Positions 18,941 through 29,387 of a DNA stretch of 64,000 bases are shown here, one piece after another. Both the position numbers and the translations under genes were made by a program. A model generated the notes under the pieces. It did not search any database, was not told the origin of the DNA, and saw nothing but the letters and a program-made list of their open reading frames with translations. The first letter of the stretch is position 1. The number at the start of each line of letters is the position of its first letter. Source of the DNA: Candidatus Nomurabacteria bacterium (GTDB lineage Bacteria > Patescibacteriota > Minisyncoccia > Phycocordibacterales > UBA2100); NCBI GenBank assembly GCA_943356775.1, contig CALRFU010000001.1, forward strand, positions 78,891 through 142,890, written 5' to 3'.

Positions 18941-21589
18941 CTATTTCTTGCCTCTTTTTAGAATTCGCTTCAGGTAGTAGCCGGTGTGTGAACCATCAGT
19001 CTTCGAAACTTCCTCGGGGGTACCTTTAGCGACAATTTTGCCGCCGCCCTGGCCTCCTTCCGGACCCATGTCGATAATGTAATCGGCACACTTGAGTACA
19101 TCGAGATTGTGTTCGATGGCTATGACCGTATTACCCCGTTCGACAAGTTTTTGCAGAATATTTACAAGCTTCGCCACATCGTCGTAGTGAAGCCCCACCG
19201 TCGGCTCGTCGAGCAGATATATGCTTTTTGTAATGAACGGGCGGTAGAGTTCTGATGCAATTTTGACGCGCTGCGCTTCGCCGCCGGAGAGCGTCGTCGC
19301 GCTCTGGCCAAGCTCGAGGTATCCGAGACCCACATCAATCAGGCTTTGCATTCTGTCCGAGACAGCCGGTATGTCTTCAAAGAATGAGTACGCCTCTTCC
19401 ACGGTCATTGAGAGCACATCGTGAATGCTCTTTTTCTTGTATTTCACTTCGAGCGTCTCTTTCATAAATCGCTTGCCGTTGCACACATCGCACGTGACGT
19501 AGACGGTCGGAAGGAAGTGCATCTCTACCGCGACCAAGCCGTTGCCCTGACATGCTTCGCAGCGACCGCCTTTGACGTTGAACGAGAATCGGCCCGGCCC
19601 CCATGCGCGGGCACGGGATTCTTCCGACATCGCAAACATATCTCGGATATGCGTCCAGGCCCCTGTGTATGTCGCAGGATTCGAGCGCGGCGTGCGCCCT
19701 ATCGGAGACTGGTCTATCAATATCGCCCGCCCGAGATATTCGGTGCCTGAAAATTCTTTTGCATTGTATATTTTGGCAGTCCGATATCGCTTATCAAAAC
19801 GCGCCTGCAAATTCCTGTGGAGAATTTCGTAGAGAAAAGTAGACTTGCCGGAACCGGAAACCCCGGAAACAACGACAAACTTCGCGAGTGGTATATCGAC
19901 ATTGAGGTTCTGTACATTGAATTTGTTCGCGCCGCGGATCTTTATCTTGCCCCTGTCGGCCGTCCTCCGTTGCTCCGGTATTTCTATCATCGTCTCCTCG
20001 CGTAAATACGAGAGGGTGCGTGAACCGGATTTGTTGGTCTTGGCGGTAAGGAGTTCATCGAGCCAACCCTCAGCGACGATTTCCCCTCCATGAACACCGG
20101 CACCGGGACCCAAATCCACGATGTAGTCTGATGCGTAAATGGTATCTTCGTCATGCTCCACGACGAGTACCGTGTTGCCCAAATCACGGAGATGTTTAAG
20201 CGTATTTATGAGCTTATCGTTGTCGCGCTGGTGGAGGCCGATAGTCGGCTCGTCGAGTACGTAGAGAGCTCCCACAAGCCCTGAACCGAGTTGCGAAGCG
20301 AGCCTAATGCGCTGGGCCTCACCTCCCGATAGGGTGTTGGCTTTGCGGTCTAGAGTGAGATATTCGATTCCCACATTGAGCATGAATTGAAGCCGGCTCG
20401 TTATCTCCTTTATGACAGTACGTGAAATATCCTGCTCCTTCTTACTGAGCTTTAGTTTCTCGAAGAAATCTTGCGCATCCTGAATGGAAAGACCGGCAAG
20501 CCGCACGATACTCATTCCTTCAACCGGCCCTTTGCCTTCTTCTCCCGTGACCTTACCCAGGAGCACATTGAGGGCTTCCGGCCGCAAACGCGCGCCCTTA
20601 CACACGTCGCACGCCTCATCGCCAAAGAAATATTTCGTTCCGAGTCCTTTACACTCCGGGCAAGCTCCGTAGGGCGAGTTGAATGAGAAGAGGCGCGGCT
20701 CTATCTCCGGGAACGAAAATCCGTCATACGGGCACATAAACTTTGCGGAAACAATGGTGCTCTCACCTTCCGCATCGGTAATTTTTACCAGGCCCTCGGA
20801 TTCGGTGAGCGCACGCTCTATTGCCTCGCTCGCACGCTCGCGGGCGGCTTTTGGATCGTCCACGAATTCTGAGACGAATAGCTCATCCACCACCACGTCG
20901 ATATCATGCTTGTGATGCTTTTGGAGTTCAATACGCTCGCGCAGAGACTTGTCCGCACCGTCGACAACAACCTTTTCAAATCCCTTATTCAAAAGGTCAT
21001 AGAGCAACTGGTAGTATTCACCTTTGCGACCAACAACGACGGGCGAGCTGATGCGTATCTTTGCAACAGATACCCCCTTCGTCAGTATGTTCGACTTCGT
21101 AAGTCGAACATCTGATGTGTGTTTTATTGCCTTCTCGACGATATTCAGCACCGACTCCAAAATTTCTTCATTTGAATGTTTGCGCACCTCGCGTCCGCAA
21201 ATAGTGCAGTGTGGCTTCCCTACCCGCGCATAGAGCACGCGCAAGTAGTCGTATATTTCGGTGATAGTCGCTACCGTCGAGCGCGGGTTGTTGGATCGGC
21301 TCTTTTGGTCTATGGAAATAGCGGGGGACAAGCCCGTAATCTCATCCACATCCGGCTTTTGCATCTGGCGTAAAAATTGACGTGCATAAGCGGAGAGAGA
21401 CTCAACGTACTTGCGTTGACCTTCTGCAAATATCGTATCGAACGCGAGTGAAGACTTCCCGCTCCCGGAAAGCCCCGTGAAAACAACCATTTTGTTGCGC
21501 GGTATCTCGACACTCACATTCTTGAGGTTGTGCGTGCGGGCGCCCTTAATGACGATCTTATCGCTTCCAATATGCTTTTTTTCGGCCAT
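18941..21589 (-). CDS. uvrA: Excinuclease ABC subunit A
   Basis: [35 protein letters not shown], zinc fingers. Confidence 0.98.
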   Translation of the reverse strand: MAEKKHIGSDKIVIKGARTHNLKNVSVEIPRNKMVVFTGLSGSGKSSLAFDTIFAEGQRKYVESLSAYARQFLRQMQKPDVDEITGLSPAISIDQKSRSNNPRSTVATITEIYDYLRVLYARVGKPHCTICGREVRKHSNEEILESVLNIVEKAIKHTSDVRLTKSNILTKGVSVAKIRISSPVVVGRKGEYYQLLYDLLNKGFEKVVVDGADKSLRERIELQKHHKHDIDVVVDELFVSEFVDDPKAARERASEAIERALTESEGLVKITDAEGESTIVSAKFMCPYDGFSFPEIEPRLFSFNSPYGACPECKGLGTKYFFGDEACDVCKGARLRPEALNVLLGKVTGEEGKGPVEGMSIVRLAGLSIQDAQDFFEKLKLSKKEQDISRTVIKEITSRLQFMLNVGIEYLTLDRKANTLSGGEAQRIRLASQLGSGLVGALYVLDEPTIGLHQRDNDKLINTLKHLRDLGNTVLVVEHDEDTIYASDYIVDLGPGAGVHGGEIVAEGWLDELLTAKTNKSGSRTLSYLREETMIEIPEQRRTADRGKIKIRGANKFNVQNLNVDIPLAKFVVVSGVSGSGKSTFLYEILHRNLQARFDKRYRTAKIYNAKEFSGTEYLGRAILIDQSPIGRTPRSNPATYTGAWTHIRDMFAMSEESRARAWGPGRFSFNVKGGRCEACQGNGLVAVEMHFLPTVYVTCDVCNGKRFMKETLEVKYKKKSIHDVLSMTVEEAYSFFEDIPAVSDRMQSLIDVGLGYLELGQSATTLSGGEAQRVKIASELYRPFITKSIYLLDEPTVGLHYDDVAKLVNILQKLVERGNTVIAIEHNLDVLKCADYIIDMGPEGGQGGGKIVAKGTPEEVSKTDGSHTGYYLKRILKRGKK
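21087..21111. repeat. 25-bp palindrome in frame in uvrA, identical to the uvrC copy
   Basis: ATGTTCGACTTCGTAAGTCGAACAT, translated as (D)VRLTKSN(I). Confidence 0.85.
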
Positions 21590-21651
21590 ACAAATGTTTG
21601 CGACCCCTGCTATGCGCTAGGGGTTAGGGTGGTCACTATACCACAATGGCT

Positions 21652-22569
21652 TTACAGTATCATCGCCTCTTCTTTGAGCTCAATTTTGAACGTATCGAAA
21701 ACTTTGAGTTTGATACTTTGCGCCAAATTTCGTACATCATGTGCAGTCGCGTTCCCCTGATTGACGATGTAATTGGGATGCTGAAGCGAGGAAATGGCGC
21801 CGCCGACGGTAGCGCCCTTCATACCCGCTTTTTCGATAAGCCATCCGGCGGGCACGCTACCTTCTCGCGACTTAACCCCCTTTTCTTTCTCAAACATGTC
21901 AATAATATTTTGTGGTGCAACAGGATTCATAAAGAACGAGCCCGCAGCTTGTATGTTCTGTAAATGACGCTTCTCGCGCTCCGCGATCGTTTCTTCTGCA
22001 AGTTTCGCACTCTCACTGGAGTTTTTCTTTTGCAATTCAAGAAAGACACGCGTGATAAGCCACTTGGGATTCTGTTTGAAAAAACTATTACGATAGGAGA
22101 ATCCGCATTCTGTGTTCACGAAAATTCTGGTCTCACCTGAGTACATGTTGATTGCTTTCACTTTGTGTACAAAATCCTTGATTTCAGCTCCAAAAGCGCC
22201 CGCATTACCTCGTGCGGCACCACCGATTGTACCCGGAATCCCCGCAAGTTTTTCCCAACCCCCCAAGCCTTTTACACCAGCCGCCTGAATCAAGCTAAGC
22301 AGATTACATCCTCCGTCGGCATCAAGCTCACGATGAGCAAAAGAGAAATTTCCACTCACAATGTGTATGACCAATCCATCGTATCCGTCATCGGGGACCA
22401 AAACATTACTGCCACCCGCCAGTATGATACATCGGATGCCCTTTTCATGCGCCCATCCAATTACTTCGCGCATCTCGTCCTCCGTAGCTACATCGACAAA
22501 ATATTTTGCCGCACCGCCAATCTTGAATGTGGTGAGAGGCGCCAACGGGACATTCTCCTGAATTTTCAT
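21652..22569 (-). CDS. murB: UDP-N-acetylenolpyruvoylglucosamine reductase
   Basis: TTFKIGG, GGSNVL, GIPGTIGG..GNAGAFG, AGSFFMNP. Confidence 0.96.
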   Translation of the reverse strand: MKIQENVPLAPLTTFKIGGAAKYFVDVATEDEMREVIGWAHEKGIRCIILAGGSNVLVPDDGYDGLVIHIVSGNFSFAHRELDADGGCNLLSLIQAAGVKGLGGWEKLAGIPGTIGGAARGNAGAFGAEIKDFVHKVKAINMYSGETRIFVNTECGFSYRNSFFKQNPKWLITRVFLELQKKNSSESAKLAEETIAEREKRHLQNIQAAGSFFMNPVAPQNIIDMFEKEKGVKSREGSVPAGWLIEKAGMKGATVGGAISSLQHPNYIVNQGNATAHDVRNLAQSIKLKVFDTFKIELKEEAMIL

Positions 22570-22570
22570 A

Positions 22571-24610
22571 CTATTTTGATTTTTTGGAATTTTTTGCCTT
22601 CTTCTTAGTTTTTTCTTCCAATTTACCTATTTCGTCCCGCAAAAGTGCAGCGGTCTCGAAGTCGAGCTTGTCGGCCGCTTCATGCATCTGATTTCTCTTA
22701 TCTTTAATGAGCTTCTTTACGTCGCCGCCGTATGCCGCCGTATCCAGCTCTGCGAGCTCACTCACCGCGCGACTCCGTGTGCGCTGAATATCGCCGACGA
22801 TATCGTGTATCCGCTTCTCAATAGTTTTTGGTGTGATTTTGTGCTTCTTGTTGTACGCCTCCTGGATTGCGCGCCTTCGATTTGTCTCCCCCATCGCGCG
22901 CTCAAGCGAGCCCGTCATGTTGTCCGCATAAAGAATGACACGTCCGAGCACATTACGCGCCGCGCGGCCTATGGTCTGAATGAGCGAAGTCTCACTTCGC
23001 AAAAAGCCTTCCTTATCGGCATCGAGTATCGCCACAAGCTCTACTTCGGGAAGGTCGAGGCCCTCGCGCAAAAGGTTAACCCCCACGAGAACATCGAAGA
23101 CTCCCTTGCGAAAATCCGTGAGTATTTCGATGCGTTCAATCGTCTTTATGTCGCTATGTATATACCGGACTTTGATTTTTCTCTCGTCGAGAAACGTCGC
23201 CAAATCTTCAGCCATTTTTTTGGTTAGAACGGTGACCATTGATCGGCTGCCGCGTTTTGTGACCATCTCCGCCTCATTGATGAAATCTTTGACCTGTCCC
23301 GCAAAGTCGCCGCGGGCAATGATGGGGCGCACTTCTATCTGAGGATCCACAAGCCCCGTCGGACGAATGACCTGTGATACAGGAATGCCGCTGTGCTCAA
23401 GCTCATATTTGCCGGGAGTTGCGCTCGTGTAGATAGTTTGCCCGACGCGCTTTTCGAATTCACCAAAATTAAGCGGCCGATTATCGACGGCGCTCGGCAA
23501 ACGGAATCCGTGTTCTACGAGCGTATCTTTGCGGGCTCTATCGCCCGCGTACATACCTCCAATCTGCGACACGGTGACGTGTGACTCGTCTATGATGGTA
23601 AGGAAATTGGGGCTCCCGTCAGGATTCGTCGGAAAGTAGGAGAGGAGCGTGTACGGCGGCTCTCCCGACTTTCTCCGGTCAAAATGACGTGAGTAATTTT
23701 CAATACCGTTACAAAAGCCGAACTCACGAATCATTGCGATATCCTGACGCGTGCGCCGCTTGAGACGCTCGGCTTCGAGTATTTTCCCGGCGGCGGCAAA
23801 TTTCTTCAGCTGCTCCGCAAGTTCCAGTTCTATATCTGCAAGTGCGGCATCTTGTACATCTTTTGGGGTTACGTAATGCTTGGCGGGAAAGATAAATACC
23901 GCATCATGCTTCTTTTCTATCTCACGCGTTATGGCGCTCATTTCTTCTATCTTTGCGATTTTTCCTCCTGTGAGATCGATACGGTAGACGATGCGCTCAC
24001 TTGCCGGCATGAGCTCGACGGCCGCACCGAGGGCGCGAAATGTGCCGGGGGTGAGCTCTCCCGCAACGCGTTCGAAATACATCGAAATAAGTTTTCGGGT
24101 AAAGGTGGCGCGCGTCATCGGCTCGCCTTTTGTTATTTTCATATTCACCTTCTGGTATTCGATAGGACTCCCAAGACCGTAGATACAAGAGACGGAAGCG
24201 ACCACAATCACATCCGGGCGCGTCAAAAGCCCTTCAGTAGCAGCATGCCGCAAGCGTTCGATATCCTCATTAATCATCGCCTCCTTTTCAATGAAAGTAT
24301 CAGTGACAGGGACGTATGCCTCCGGCTGGTAGTAGTCGTAGTAAGAAACGAAATAGTGCACTGCCGCATCGGGGAAAAATTCGCGATACTCTGCAGCAAG
24401 CTGCGCAGCGAGCGTTTTGTTGTGAGCGATGACGAGCGTCGGTTTCTGCCAATGCTCGATGATATTGGCGACCGTAAAGGTCTTGCCTGAGCCTGTGACG
24501 CCGAGGAGCGTCTGGTCGCGTGTCCCCTCCTTGAGCCCTTTCACAAGCGCCTCGATAGCCTTGGGCTGGTCACCCGCCGGGGTATATTCAGATTTAAGTT
24601 TGAATTTCAC
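22571..24610 (-). CDS. uvrB: Excinuclease ABC subunit B
   Basis: GDQP, LGVTGSGKT, FVSYYDYYQPEAY, LLREGLDLPEV; GTG start. Confidence 0.98.
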   Translation of the reverse strand: MKFKLKSEYTPAGDQPKAIEALVKGLKEGTRDQTLLGVTGSGKTFTVANIIEHWQKPTLVIAHNKTLAAQLAAEYREFFPDAAVHYFVSYYDYYQPEAYVPVTDTFIEKEAMINEDIERLRHAATEGLLTRPDVIVVASVSCIYGLGSPIEYQKVNMKITKGEPMTRATFTRKLISMYFERVAGELTPGTFRALGAAVELMPASERIVYRIDLTGGKIAKIEEMSAITREIEKKHDAVFIFPAKHYVTPKDVQDAALADIELELAEQLKKFAAAGKILEAERLKRRTRQDIAMIREFGFCNGIENYSRHFDRRKSGEPPYTLLSYFPTNPDGSPNFLTIIDESHVTVSQIGGMYAGDRARKDTLVEHGFRLPSAVDNRPLNFGEFEKRVGQTIYTSATPGKYELEHSGIPVSQVIRPTGLVDPQIEVRPIIARGDFAGQVKDFINEAEMVTKRGSRSMVTVLTKKMAEDLATFLDERKIKVRYIHSDIKTIERIEILTDFRKGVFDVLVGVNLLREGLDLPEVELVAILDADKEGFLRSETSLIQTIGRAARNVLGRVILYADNMTGSLERAMGETNRRRAIQEAYNKKHKITPKTIEKRIHDIVGDIQRTRSRAVSELAELDTAAYGGDVKKLIKDKRNQMHEAADKLDFETAALLRDEIGKLEEKTKKKAKNSKKSK

Positions 24611-24642
24611 TCGTCTACTCTACTCTTTTTCTACTTTCTCTA

Positions 24643-25893
24643 CTAGTTTTCTAAATGCAATACGCATACATTCCGCTTGCCACGCTTCATCAGGGCAATG
24701 CCGTTGTAAAAATCTTCGGCAGTAAGTTTTTGCTCCTCGTCTGTAATCACTTCTCCATTCAGACTTACCGCTTTGTCAGTGAGGAAGAGTCTCGCCTCGC
24801 GTTTAGAGCTTGCCAGCTTAGAACCTACAAGTACGTCAATCAGAAGTGCATCCATACTGACGTCGTGCGAGGGAGCCGCGCTCTTGAGCATTGCGAGTGC
24901 TTCATCATCAAGACCCTTGAGCCCCGCGTCGTCAAAAAGCACGCTTGAGACCTTTTCCACGGTCTCAGCCGCATCAGCTCCGTGCGCCAGTGTTGTTACC
25001 TCACGCGCCAAAAGGTGCTGCGCGTGATGTTCCTTCGCATCGCGGCGGTGCATTTCCATCACCGCTTCGATTTCCATATCGGAAAGAAGCGTGAAGAGTT
25101 TGAGGTAATCGGCGACGCCCTCGTCACTCGCGCCAAGCCAGAATTGGTAGAACGCATACGGAGATGTCTTTTCCGCGTCGAGCCAGACGGCGTTGCCTTC
25201 ACTTTTGCCGAATTTCTTGCCGTTCGATTTGTCCACGATGATAGGTATCGTAAGCGCGTAAGCGGTTTTGCTTTCTTTGCGCCGAATAAGCTCGACGCCG
25301 GCGACGATATTCCCCCATTGGTCGGAGCCGCCTATCTGCACATCGCAGGCATGCTCGGTGTACAAATGCCAAAAGTCATAGGCCTGTAGGAGCGGGTATG
25401 AGAATTCCGTAAAAGAAATCCCTTCCTCGCTGTCCATGCGAGCGGAAATTGCATCTTTCTTGATGAGCGAATTGACCGTAAAATATTTCCCCGTATCACG
25501 GAGAAATGATATGAGCTCAAGCTTGCCGAGCCAATCGTAATTGTTGACGAGTTGCACCTCGATACCTCCGAGTATCTTTTCAGCCTGCTTCTTCAATTTT
25601 TCTGAGCGCGTGGTAATTTCTTCGATACTCAGAAGTGGTCGCTCCACATCTGGCTTGGGGTCACCAATCATCCCCGTGCCTCCACCAATGAGCAATATCA
25701 CTTTGTGCCCCGCGTCTGCGAAGCGGCGTAAGAGCATGTAAACGGCCAAATTGCCCACGTGGATAGAATCTGCCGTCGGGTCCACCCCCAGATAGACGGT
25801 CCGCTTATTACCATCGGTAATTTCTCCAAGATTTTCGGACGAATACTGGTACACGTAGCCTCGAGATTTTAGAATTTCCGACAATTTTGCCAT
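24643..25893 (-). CDS. tyrS: Tyrosine--tRNA ligase
   Basis: YLGVDPTADSIHVGN, QIGGSDQWGN, KFGKS, S4 domain. Confidence 0.97.
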   Translation of the reverse strand: MAKLSEILKSRGYVYQYSSENLGEITDGNKRTVYLGVDPTADSIHVGNLAVYMLLRRFADAGHKVILLIGGGTGMIGDPKPDVERPLLSIEEITTRSEKLKKQAEKILGGIEVQLVNNYDWLGKLELISFLRDTGKYFTVNSLIKKDAISARMDSEEGISFTEFSYPLLQAYDFWHLYTEHACDVQIGGSDQWGNIVAGVELIRRKESKTAYALTIPIIVDKSNGKKFGKSEGNAVWLDAEKTSPYAFYQFWLGASDEGVADYLKLFTLLSDMEIEAVMEMHRRDAKEHHAQHLLAREVTTLAHGADAAETVEKVSSVLFDDAGLKGLDDEALAMLKSAAPSHDVSMDALLIDVLVGSKLASSKREARLFLTDKAVSLNGEVITDEEQKLTAEDFYNGIALMKRGKRNVCVLHLEN

Positions 25894-25912
25894 ATCCACC
25901 TTTATACCACGA

Positions 25913-26302
25913 CTATAAACCATCTCGCTTTTGTTCCCGTCCGCGGACTTCATGCTCATCCATACCGAAGTGGTGAGCAAATTCATGCCATATGGTCTCC
26001 CCGACGACTTCCCGGACATCCCTCTTATCTTCTGCTGCGGCTTCTTCAATAGGTATCTGGTAGAGGGTGATGGTGTCCGGCAACGTCATACCCACGCCAT
26101 ATTCCTCCCCACGCTCCGAGAGCGGAATGCCCTTGTAGAGTCCGAGCAGCGTCTCGTCATCACCCAGGCCTTCCGCTTCGCGGTCTTCCGGCGAAGGCTC
26201 ATCCTCGACAAGCAAAGCCACGTTCCTTATCTTTAAGCGCACCCACTCGGGTAATTTCTCATACCCTTCGGCAGCTATCTTTTCAAATTCCTTGCGTCGC
26301 AT
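25913..26302 (-). CDS. Zincin-like metallopeptidase family protein
   Basis: LLGLY.GIPL..R, PDTITLY, HEFAHHFG (HExxH). Confidence 0.88.
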   Translation of the reverse strand: MRRKEFEKIAAEGYEKLPEWVRLKIRNVALLVEDEPSPEDREAEGLGDDETLLGLYKGIPLSERGEEYGVGMTLPDTITLYQIPIEEAAAEDKRDVREVVGETIWHEFAHHFGMDEHEVRGREQKRDGL

Positions 26303-26324
26303 ATGGCTATGATACACTGGGCTG

Positions 26325-26555
26325 ATGGTAAAAAAGCCTAAGATGACATTGGAAAAGCTTGCGACTCTTGTAGTCGAAGGTTTTGAAGAGGTTAAAACCG
26401 ATATCGGAGAACTCAAGCGTGATGTGACGCAAGTGAAGCACGATGTCGGGGAAATAAGAACCGACCTCAAGGCGCACGGAAAAGCAATTGATAAAGATGC
26501 AGTCACTCTCATCATCCAAGAAACTCGCATCAAGAAACTCGAACACGCGCGCTAG
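26325..26555 (+). CDS. Small coiled-coil hypothetical protein
   Basis: TLEKLA..V..GF followed by heptad repeats; TACACT 6 nt upstream of ATG. Confidence 0.7.
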   Translation: MVKKPKMTLEKLATLVVEGFEEVKTDIGELKRDVTQVKHDVGEIRTDLKAHGKAIDKDAVTLIIQETRIKKLEHAR

Positions 26556-26560
26556 GCGTC

Positions 26561-26980
26561 ATGACAAAACGACCATTACTGCTGCGTATAATCTCGATAT
26601 ATTTCGTATTCCTTGGCCTATACCTTTTGTTCACCTTTGTTTATGGATTATCGGTCAGTCGGTTTTCTTTGGAATCTTTAGTTATAATTGCTCTATCCGC
26701 CGCCACACCAATAATACTTACAGCGGCGGCGATTACCGCGTTCATGTTGAAACGAATATCCATCTATCTTTTCTTCGGCGCGTTGTTACTACTTGCCGTG
26801 CAATCTCTGTATCTATTAACTCTTGCTGAATTGTTCAGCGGCCCCATAATCGGACTCGCAATAATTCTTGCAGTGATTTTTTATCTACGCGTGTTGGCAA
26901 TGAACGGTATTCTAAAAAGTCTTATTGCCTCACCAATTCTGCAAAACGTCTTTTCACCTTCTCGATCTTTGGCTCAATGA
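26561..26980 (+). CDS. Hypothetical 4-TM membrane protein
   Basis: KRP-initiated hydrophobic ORF; 3' end overlaps msrA convergently. Confidence 0.65.
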   Translation: MTKRPLLLRIISIYFVFLGLYLLFTFVYGLSVSRFSLESLVIIALSAATPIILTAAAITAFMLKRISIYLFFGALLLLAVQSLYLLTLAELFSGPIIGLAIILAVIFYLRVLAMNGILKSLIASPILQNVFSPSRSLAQ

Positions 26981-27464
26981 CAATCTGACAATACGGCGCA
27001 CTTGCGTTCTCTTTGAAGTAATTTTGATGATACGACTCGGCGGGAAAGAATTTTCCGAGCGGAATTACTTGCGTCACGACGCGCGTACCATCCTTGAGAG
27101 ATTCTTGGATTTCTTGCGCTATCTTTTCCGCAATCGCTTTCTCTTCTTCTGTCTCATACAAAATCACCGACCTGTACTGCTCCCCTACGTCCGCACCTTG
27201 CCTGTTCTGTGTTGTCGGATCATGCGAACCAAAGAAAACGGTAAGCAAATCTTCGTACGAAATAATTGCGGGATCGTATGTCACGCGGATAACTTCCGCG
27301 TGCCCCGTTGTTCCGGTACTAACTTGCTCATACGTAGGCACCACTTGTGGTGAGCTTGTCGAACCACCGGCGTATCCAGATTCCACCTTCAGAACCCCCT
27401 TCAACATCTGAAATACAGCCTCCGTGCACCAAAAGCATCCACCTCCGAATACTGCTGTTTTCAT
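26922..27464 (-). CDS. msrA: Peptide-methionine (S)-S-oxide reductase
   Basis: GGGCFWC, GHAEV, HDPT..NRQG.DVG.QYRS, AESYHQNY, YC. Confidence 0.97.
   Translation of the reverse strand: MKTAVFGGGCFWCTEAVFQMLKGVLKVESGYAGGSTSSPQVVPTYEQVSTGTTGHAEVIRVTYDPAIISYEDLLTVFFGSHDPTTQNRQGADVGEQYRSVILYETEEEKAIAEKIAQEIQESLKDGTRVVTQVIPLGKFFPAESYHQNYFKENASAPYCQIVIEPKIEKVKRRFAELVRQ
27347..27367. repeat. REP-like element (GGTGAGC-N-GTCGAACC family) in frame in msrA
   Basis: GTGGTGAGCTTGTCGAACCAC; absent from the paralogous msrA copy. Confidence 0.75.
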
Positions 27465-27549
27465 ATAGTGATTGTAACAAAAAATGAAATAAATACGTGT
27501 TATTCTTGTGTACTATAGAGATACCTTCTTAAGGCTTGATTTTTTCTGC

Positions 27550-29376
27550 ATGAATTACCTCATTTCTATAAAAAAATACTTACTCGCGCACAAGATAGTA
27601 AGTGCGGTCATATTAGTTGCAATTGCCGGCGGCGGATACTGGGGATACGGAAAACTCACCAGCACGTCTGGCGAGACGCGATACGTAGTCGCAATGGCGC
27701 AAAAAGGTACTCTTGTGGTTTCTGTTACCGGCAGTGGTCAAGTCTCCACTTCCAATCAGCTCGATGTAAAACCAAAAGTCTCTGGCGAGATTCTCTCGGT
27801 GCCTGTTAAGAACGGACAAGCTGTAAAAGCTGGGGCATTGATAGCAGTCATTGACCCCACTCAAGCACAGAAAACGGCGCGTGACGCCGAAGCAAATCTT
27901 CAGAGCGCACAACTTTCCTTGGAAAAATTACAGAAACCGGCGGACCGGCTTTCAATAACACAGGCACAAAACTCCCTCGCCCAGGCACAGGAATCAAAAC
28001 AGAATGCGACAGATGACCTGAGTAAGGCATATGTGGATGGATATAATGAGGTCTCCGGTGCCTTCATCGACTTTCCCACCGCCATCGTTGGTTTACACGA
28101 CTTGCTTTTCACCACAAGTTCTCAACTTGGAGGTTCGAACCAGGAGAATATCGATTATTACGCAAGTGTGATTGACCGTTTAACTGGTACGAGCAAGGGC
28201 ACACAATTTCGCACTGATACACAAATTAAGTACACTGCTGCAAAAGCCGCGTACGACAAGAAGTTTGCTGATTACAAAGTCACAAGCCGTACAGCTGACG
28301 GTGCAACTATCGCCGCACTTATTCAGGAGACGGACGACGCCGTTAGACTTAACTCTGACGCACTGAAAAGCGCCAATAATCTCGTCCAGCTTTATAAGGA
28401 TACGTTTGCGGATTACGACCTTACTCCCTCAGCCTATGCGACAACGCAACTCTCAACGCTCAATGCCCATGCGGGCACCCTCAATTCTCATGCGAATTCT
28501 TTGCTTGCAGCCCTGACAATAATACGAACTTCAACACAAGCCATCTCGAGCGCCAAACGTAGTATCACTGCCAATCAGCAATCGCTCGATAAATTGAACA
28601 ATGGAGCGGACGACCTCGATGTGCAGTCATCTCAACTTACCGTCACTCAGCGGAAAAACGCACTTCAAGACGCAAAAGACAACCTCGCGGACTATTACGT
28701 ACGCGCGCCGTTCGACGGCACCATCGCTGCACTCAATGCAAAAGTACACGACTTCGCAGGCTCCACAGCCATTGCGACCATCATTACGCAATCTAAAATC
28801 GCAGAACTGAGCCTCAACGAAGTTGATGCAGCGAGTACCGCCGTCGGCAATAAGACAACGCTGACCTTCGACGCGGTACCTGACCTCACTATAGCCGGTA
28901 CCGTTTCAGAAATAGATACGGTCGGTACGGTTGCTCAGGGGGTCGTGACATACAACGTAAAAATTTCTTTTGATACTCAGGACAACCGCGTAAAGCCCGG
29001 CATGAGTGTTTCAGCAGCAATCCAGACTGCGGTGAAGCAAGACGTGCTCTTGGTGCCAAATTCTGCCGTAAAAATTCAGGGTAATTCTTCATATGTCCAA
29101 GTATTCAATCCCCCACTGTCTGGAGATACCGCTTCTTTACGTGGACTTACTTCGACGCAAATACCTGGGCAAGTTACCGTGCAGAGAGGTCTGTCGAATG
29201 ACACTTCAACTGAAATTATCTCAGGCTTGAATGAAGGTGCTCAAGTCATTGCACGTACTATCGTAGCCTCGGCACAAACGCCAACGACGCAGGCGCCGAG
29301 TCTCTTCGGTGGAGGTGGCGCCTTCCGGAGTACCGGAGGGAGTGCAGGAGCAGGTACACGCGTACAAACTCGCTAA
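27550..29376 (+). CDS. Efflux periplasmic adaptor (HlyD/MacA-like) with long helical insert
   Basis: N-terminal TM, lipoyl halves (V..GQ.VKAG; RAPFDGTI), KPGMS; precedes ABC genes. Confidence 0.88.
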   Translation: MNYLISIKKYLLAHKIVSAVILVAIAGGGYWGYGKLTSTSGETRYVVAMAQKGTLVVSVTGSGQVSTSNQLDVKPKVSGEILSVPVKNGQAVKAGALIAVIDPTQAQKTARDAEANLQSAQLSLEKLQKPADRLSITQAQNSLAQAQESKQNATDDLSKAYVDGYNEVSGAFIDFPTAIVGLHDLLFTTSSQLGGSNQENIDYYASVIDRLTGTSKGTQFRTDTQIKYTAAKAAYDKKFADYKVTSRTADGATIAALIQETDDAVRLNSDALKSANNLVQLYKDTFADYDLTPSAYATTQLSTLNAHAGTLNSHANSLLAALTIIRTSTQAISSAKRSITANQQSLDKLNNGADDLDVQSSQLTVTQRKNALQDAKDNLADYYVRAPFDGTIAALNAKVHDFAGSTAIATIITQSKIAELSLNEVDAASTAVGNKTTLTFDAVPDLTIAGTVSEIDTVGTVAQGVVTYNVKISFDTQDNRVKPGMSVSAAIQTAVKQDVLLVPNSAVKIQGNSSYVQVFNPPLSGDTASLRGLTSTQIPGQVTVQRGLSNDTSTEIISGLNEGAQVIARTIVASAQTPTTQAPSLFGGGGAFRSTGGSAGAGTRVQTR

Positions 29377-29387
29377 CGCAAGGAATC

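Noticed and set aside
26380-26480. Tandem DNA repeat in the small coiled-coil gene
   Set aside because: Heptad periodicity at the protein level only; the nucleotide repeats are degenerate.
25894-26533. Long N-terminal extensions of tyrS and the zincin ORF (also carB, eno, hisG, dgkA, BaiN)
   Set aside because: They overlap neighbouring genes; downstream ATGs match family N-termini and promoter/SD positions.
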